64,000 bases of DNA. Origin: Macrostomum lignano (Eukaryota). The notes under the pieces were generated by a model. That model saw only the letters and a program-made list of their open reading frames with translations, was not told the DNA's origin and ran no database searches. The stretch spans positions 1-64,000 of the forward strand of contig NIVC01003981.1 in assembly GCA_002269645.1 (NCBI GenBank). The letters are read 5' to 3'. Shown here one piece after another: positions 59,020-64,000 of the stretch (positions are counted from its first letter, which is position 1; every line of letters begins with the position of its first letter). Both the position numbers and the translations under genes were made by a program.

Positions 59020-59383
59020 TTTTTGTATTATTAGAGGCAGGGGGGTTGTGTGCACCCTGGCGCACTTTAAGCGACATAGGCACACAACCGGCGAGAGGCA
59101 TTACTGCCCATTCCGCCGACTCCCCTGAGCAGGCATACAAGCGCGCGGATACGTACGCAGGCACACACTCACACAGGAGTGTACAGCGGCCCTAACTTTA
59201 TATTATCGTTAGGCATGTACACTTCACTGCGCCTTGGGGGTTGGCTCTCAAGGCCGTTAATTGCACGAGCAGAGCCAAGCCGAGATTCCAATTCAGCCCC
59301 AAATTAATGTGACTGCACTTGGAATCGAGCCTGGGTCGCTGGCACACCAGAGCAGCTGCGCTACCGCTGGGCTACGGCCCCCC
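59020..59383 (-). mobile_element. Second tRNA-headed SINE family (probable)
   Basis: Head GGGGCCGTAGCCCAGCGGTAGCGCAGCT...GGCTCGATTCC has A/B-box-like motifs but no clean cloverleaf. A GC-rich body follows, ending in an A-rich stretch. Confidence 0.6.
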
Positions 59384-59905
59384 TAATTTAAGTCCTTGGC
59401 TGTGGATTGCCTTGTAGTCTATGGGCCATAGACTACAAAAGCCAAGCAAAGTGATAAAAAGCTACCTACACTGAGAATCGACCAGCTGGTACTTTTCCAG
59501 CTCTCTCCAGCTGACTGTTTGGTCAGTGCATTGAGGGACGGCCATTTTAGTTCCAATGTACGCCAACGTATAAACCGATTGATTCTCAGTGTAGGTGGCT
59601 TCTTATCAATTCGCTTGGCTTTTTGCAATCTGTGGCCCATAAGTCATAGACTAAGGCAAGACACAGCCGAAGGCCCTTCTATATGCATGCAGGCAGCGCA
59701 GGCAAATTTGAAGCTGATCAAGTAACGAGTTCGAATCTCACTTTTGGACACGCCTCGTACAAGATGATCAGGACAGATTCTGCGTCTTTTAGTGGAAAGA
59801 AATTCTGTGGTTCGCATGTGCACTACATGTACATGTACCTGTAAATACATGTACATGAACCATGCACACATCATACACAAGACCAAAGGCTCCAATTTCT
59901 CTTAC

Positions 59906-60257
59906 ACAATAACCAGCGCAACGACCAGTCCCAAAACGGTCAGAAGCGCTGCCGAGCTGACTATCCCGCCACCGATGGCGGCCTCCAGGACAACTTTGGT
60001 TAGCTGGCCACTTCCGGTGCCGCTGCTGCTTTCGGAGCCTGAGCTGCCGCTGCTTGATCCACCACCCCCACCGCCGCCGCCGCCGCCGCCGCCCAGGCAG
60101 TAGGTTGGCCACTGCACCGTGGCATTTCTTGCCGATGTAATCACGGTGGCATAATAGCCGCAGCAGCCAATTGGGTCGGACCCGTTCCCAGCTAAACTGG
60201 CGTTGCCTAGCCGTAGAATTGACTCGAATGAGGACAGGTTCAGGTACTGACCGGAGC
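59906..60257 (-). CDS. EGF-containing membrane protein, exon with poly-Gly/Ser linker and transmembrane helix
   Basis: Acceptor ttgcactgcAG, donor GT|GTAAGA, 352 nt (phase 1 to 2). ...PTYCL-G12-SSSGSSGSESSSGTGSGQLTKVVLE-AAIGGGIVSSAALLTVLGLVVALVIV. Confidence 0.8.
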
Positions 60258-60467
60258 CTGCAGTGCAAGGTTTTGGTTTTACTAAACATGAACAACAACT
60301 ACAGGAAATGTCATTTCATTTCATCTTTTTGTGTACCTTTTAGACGATTTTTCCCAACTGAGTTTGTCTGTCTATATCGTAATTGTTCCCTATTTAAACT
60401 ACGGAGAAAAGAAAAAATCTGTACAAAATCCGTTTGGAGACACGCGAACTCTAAGTTCATGGAGAAC

Positions 60468-60752
60468 TCAAAGTACATAAAGAACTCAAAATACACGGAG
60501 AACTCAAAGTACATACAGAACTCAAAGTACACGGAGAATTCAAAGTACACGGTGAACTCAAAGTACACGGAGAACTCAAAGTACATAGAGATCTCAAAGT
60601 ACACGGAGACCTCAAAGTACACGGAGAATTCAAAGTACACGGAGAACTCAAAGTACACGGAGAACTCAAAGTACATAGAGAACTCAAAGTACACGGAGAA
60701 CTCAAAGTACAAGGAGAACTCAAAGTACACGGAGAACTCAAAGTACATGGAT
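60468..60752. repeat. 18-bp intronic minisatellite (GGAGAACTCAAAGTACAC)n, about 16 units
   Basis: Direct reading. Confidence 0.93.
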
Positions 60753-60778
60753 AATGGAGAACTGAGAGTATTCCTCAC

Positions 60779-61076
60779 CGGAAGCAGTCACCCGCTTGCA
60801 GAACGCGTCAGTGGATCTCCGCCTTGCGTACAGCACCACCTTGGTCTCGCCTGTCACCTCCTGCAGCGGATAATAGCCGCTGTCGGCTGCCACCACGCCA
60901 AAGTCGCTGGCATTGATGAACAGCTGGCTGTTGCCTGCCGTGGCGCCGGTGTCCGGGCAGCACAGCGCCGCGATTGCCGCGGCCGTCAGATTCGATCCCA
61001 GGTCGTCACCGGAGCAGAATTTGTTGAGAATATCCGCGATTGAGGCGAGCACGGGTAACTGGAGGGAGCTCTGCCA
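60779..61076 (-). CDS. EGF-containing membrane protein, extracellular exon
   Basis: Acceptor ctccgtccacAG, donor G|GTGAGG, 298 nt (phase 0 to 1). WQSSLQLPVLASIADILNKFCSGDD...FCKRVTASG. Confidence 0.72.
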
Positions 61077-61134
61077 CTGTGGACGGAGGAGAGGCTGGTG
61101 GTTGGATATCTGACATGCCTTTACCCTACCCTAC

Positions 61135-61440
61135 GCATTGACTTGTCACCCCCTCCCGTTCCTTTGAGGCATTGACTTGTCACTCCCTCCCATTCCTTTG
61201 AGGCATTGACTTGTCACTCCCTCCCATTCCTTTGAGGCATTGACTTGTCACTCCCTCCCGTTCCTTTGAGGCATTGACTTGTCACTCTCTCCCATTCCTT
61301 TGAGGCTTTGACTTGTCACTCCCTCCCATTCCTCTCAGGCACTGACTTGTCACTCCCTCCCATTCCTTTGAGATATTGACTTGTCACTCCCTCCCATTCC
61401 TCTGAGGCACTGACTTGTCACTTGACTTGGCTTATCACTT
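61135..61440. repeat. 34-bp intronic minisatellite (CATTGACTTGTCACTCCCTCCCATTCCTTTGAGG)n, about 9 units
   Basis: Direct reading. Confidence 0.92.
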
Positions 61441-61591
61441 GTCACTCCCTCTCTTCCCCTAGGGCCATTCATTGACTTGTCACTGATCCCTTCTCTATTA
61501 GTAACTGGTTAACTAGTTAATCAGCGTGTTCAATCAATGCTACTTTAAGTAGGCCCATAAGGCAGCTAAAATTTATATTTTTATCTCTCAC

Positions 61592-61740
61592 CAAATACGT
61601 GGGTGTCGGATAGTAACTGCAGGACCGCACTCCGCCAGCAAAGCGCAGCTGAATGCCATTGTCCAGCTGACTTGTATCGACTAGAATAGATCCACGCGAA
61701 AGAGCTTGCTGTCTAAGAAATTCACCATTCGCTCTGGCTC
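61592..61740 (-). CDS. EGF-containing membrane protein, probable extracellular exon (5' boundary uncertain)
   Basis: Open frame ANGEFLRQQALSRGSILVDTSQLDNGIQLRFAGGVRSCSYYPTPTYL with phase-0 donor TTG|GTGAGA. The required phase-1 acceptor is not unambiguous. Confidence 0.5.
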
Positions 61741-61779
61741 TTAATAGACTACCTTTCAGTTTAATTAAAAAGCTGTGAG

Positions 61780-61915
61780 CAAAGAGTCAGTTTCTAAGAA
61801 TCCACTCTAATGACTGTAACAAAGAGTCAGTTTCTAAGAATCCTTTCTAATGGCTGTAAAAAGTGGAGTCATTTTCTAAGAATCGACACTAATGACTGTA
61901 CCAATTGGAGTCAAT
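61780..61915. repeat. About 40-bp intronic repeat x3 (AAAGAGTCAGTTTCTAAGAATCCACTCTAATGACTGTAAC)
   Basis: Direct reading; diverged units. Confidence 0.75.
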
Positions 61916-62040
61916 TTCTTAGAAAATGCAATAGAAACCAAAAAAAGTAGTTTACAAGCCTTTCATCTTTCCAATGTAGCGCAGCTGCCTCATTAAAAGT
62001 TTTGCTAAGCTAGCAGACGCAACAAAGACGCAAAACTCAC

Positions 62041-62163
62041 ACTGGCACTGCGGCCCTGAGTAGCCGCTTGCGCAGGTGCAAACGCAGGCCCCACCGCTGC
62101 TGGACGTGTCGCTGCCATGAACGCACGGCGTGCCCGCAGCGCTGCACACCGAAGCAGTGCAGG
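62041..62163 (-). CDS. EGF-like domain exon
   Basis: Symmetric phase 1-1 exon of 123 nt (acceptor ttggtacAG, donor T|GTGAGT). CTASVCSAAGTPCVHGSDTSSSGGACVCTCASGYSGPQCQ has the CxCxxGYxGxxC EGF signature. Confidence 0.85.
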
Positions 62164-62839
62164 CTGTACCAAGTGGTAGGAAGTTTCAATTACAGTGACG
62201 GTTTATAGTTGAACTTATATAGGGATTGAATATTGGCGGAGCAAGAGGAAGTACTTTGTACGAGTATAGCTTGTAGTAAAAGTTTCATGGGGGCTTGGTA
62301 CAAAGACTGGCTGTCGAATGCCGTGGGCCTTAGTTCGATACTCTCTGTGTGTCAAGGGGTTCCACACACAGCAATGTACCATATTCAACCAATGCTTCAT
62401 CGATCGTCTGTGGCCAAAACCGTGTACTGTAATTCAGACTTCAAACTCAGAACCATTGGCATTAGACCGAGAATTGTTTGATTTGCGACATGCTCACAGC
62501 GAACAAGTGAAACCATAGCAACTGTGACTAAACTGTCAGACAACATGTGTACAAAATCAGATATCTTCACGCTCGGGGCCTGAAGCGCAGTGCGGGAGCA
62601 AACTGGACTTCACTCGCATGGCAACCGTGAGGACATCCATGGATGGAACACCAATCCTATCGATTGAATGGGTCCGGCTGACTCCCCAACTTCATTTATA
62701 CAACAGGAGCCTCATGACTTGTCTGAATCTGACCATTCGTTTTGACCATAGACAAAATTAGAAATACTGGTTGAATTTGATTGGTAGTGTCTTTAAAAGT
62801 AGGACTAACTAAAAAGTCACCAATATGGAGCACACTTAC

Positions 62840-62917
62840 AGGCGTTGTTGGTGCACTGGCACATGACATTCTCCAAGTAGGTCACGTGCTGACAGTCGTT
62901 GCAATCGGGTCTGCAGG
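62840..62917 (-). CDS. Small Cys-rich exon of the same gene
   Basis: Symmetric phase 1-1 exon of 78 nt (acceptor ctaatcgacAG, donor T|GTAAGT). CRPDCNDCQHVTYLENVMCQCTNNA. Confidence 0.7.
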
Positions 62918-63394
62918 CTGTCGATTAGCAGGGATAAAACCGTGTGATTAAAAGCTCATGCTAATGCCGTGTAATTAGTGAAGCATCGGATGCGCGGGCT
63001 TATTATCTGAGCTGCACTATTTTATTAAAGGCTTCTTTGAAACAGCGCGGGCTCTGAGGTGACTGCAGCTGGGGTCACGTGTGGAATTGATGAGGAGCTG
63101 GGGAATAATGATGGGGAACGGCGCCATGCATTTGCCCGCACCTGCCGGCTGAAACATGCCCTGGTGCCCCCCCCCGCCCCTATACAGTGTATGTGCGATT
63201 CCCGCTTGCACGCCAGCTCAAAGCTTTCCAAATCATTTGCTAAAGAAACACATTAGTCAAGCATATTCACTTTCAACCGCTGTTTTGCTCTGTCTAAGTC
63301 TGTCGTGACCCCTGAGACTGATCCAAACTGCATCCACCCCGCTCTCCAGACTCGTGTGTGAGGTACATGTAACAAAGCAGAAAGGTTAGCCGCA

Positions 63395-64000
63395 TTCAAA
63401 CACAAAATGGCAGTCCACATAAAAAAATGACAGTCCCATTCAAACACAAAATGGCAGTCCAATTCAAACCAAAATGACAGTCCAATTCAAACCCAAAATG
63501 GCAATCCAATTCAAACCCAAAATGGCAATCTAATTCAAACACAAAATGGCAATCCAATTCAAACACAAAATGACAATCCAATTCAAACACAAAATGGCAG
63601 TCCAATTCAAACACAAAATGACAGTCCAATTCAAACCCAAAATGGCAATCCAATTCAAACCCAAAATGGCAATCTAATTCAAACACAAAATGGCAATCCA
63701 ATTCAAACACAAAATGACAATCCAATTCAAACACAAAATGACAGTCCAATTCAAACACAAAATGGCAATCCAATTCAAACACAAAATGGCAATCCAATTC
63801 AAACACAAAATGGCAGTCCACTTCAAACACAAAATGACAGTCCAATTCAAAACCAAAATGGCAATCCAATTCAAACCCAAAATGGCAATCCAATTCAAAC
63901 ACAAAATGGCAGTCCACTTCAAACACAAAATGGCAGTCCAATTCAAACACAAAATGACAGTCCAATTCAAAACCAAAATGGCAATCCAATTCAAACCCAA
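63395..64000. repeat. 24-bp minisatellite (ATTCAAACACAAAATGGCAATCCA)n running off the window end
   Basis: Direct reading; explains the FELDCHFV-repeat ORFs. Confidence 0.95.

Noticed and set aside
60171-61043. 290-aa plus-strand ORF with ENSKYT repeats
   Set aside because: Composite of an intronic 18-bp array and the antisense of real minus-strand exons.
63017-63256. Possible further exon of the EGF gene
   Set aside because: Open frames exist but there is no convincing donor/acceptor pair or motif.

Overview
Eukaryotic (metazoan) genomic DNA with spliceosomal introns and no prokaryotic gene organisation. It is dominated by about 18 unrelated minisatellite arrays plus DNA transposons, MITEs, SINEs and LINE remnants. 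The style resembles minisatellite-rich flatworm genomes such as Macrostomum, but that is inference only. Host genes I can support: (1) the last exon of a class A neuropeptide-type GPCR (2248-2787, +); (2) two head-to-head eIF2-beta (EIF2S2) genes, A (exons 28708-28682 and 23597-22899, -) and B (exons 49881-49907 and 53177-53878, +); (3) a spliced PPC/DUF296-domain gene (45586-45753 and 46955-47221, +); (4) the 3' part of a multi-exon EGF-containing single-pass membrane protein gene (62917 down to 58147, -). The most striking structure is a 13.9-kb foldback-type element (29434-43313). It is bounded by GG(T/C)AATGG termini and a 9-bp direct repeat, has 3.5-kb and 4.8-kb inverted arms built around a G-rich minisatellite, and carries a decayed Merlin/ISXO2-type transposase plus gene-fragment cargo. 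It sits between the two eIF2-beta genes. Those two genes have first exons that differ at 8 of 27 nt but second-exon coding sequences that appear identical, which points to gene conversion. Other highlights are a minisatellite made of tandem decoy splice acceptors in the GPCR intron and a copy-specific out-of-frame upstream AUG in eIF2-beta A. Nearly all long ORFs in the supplied track over repeats are artefacts. All alignments and counts were done by eye.
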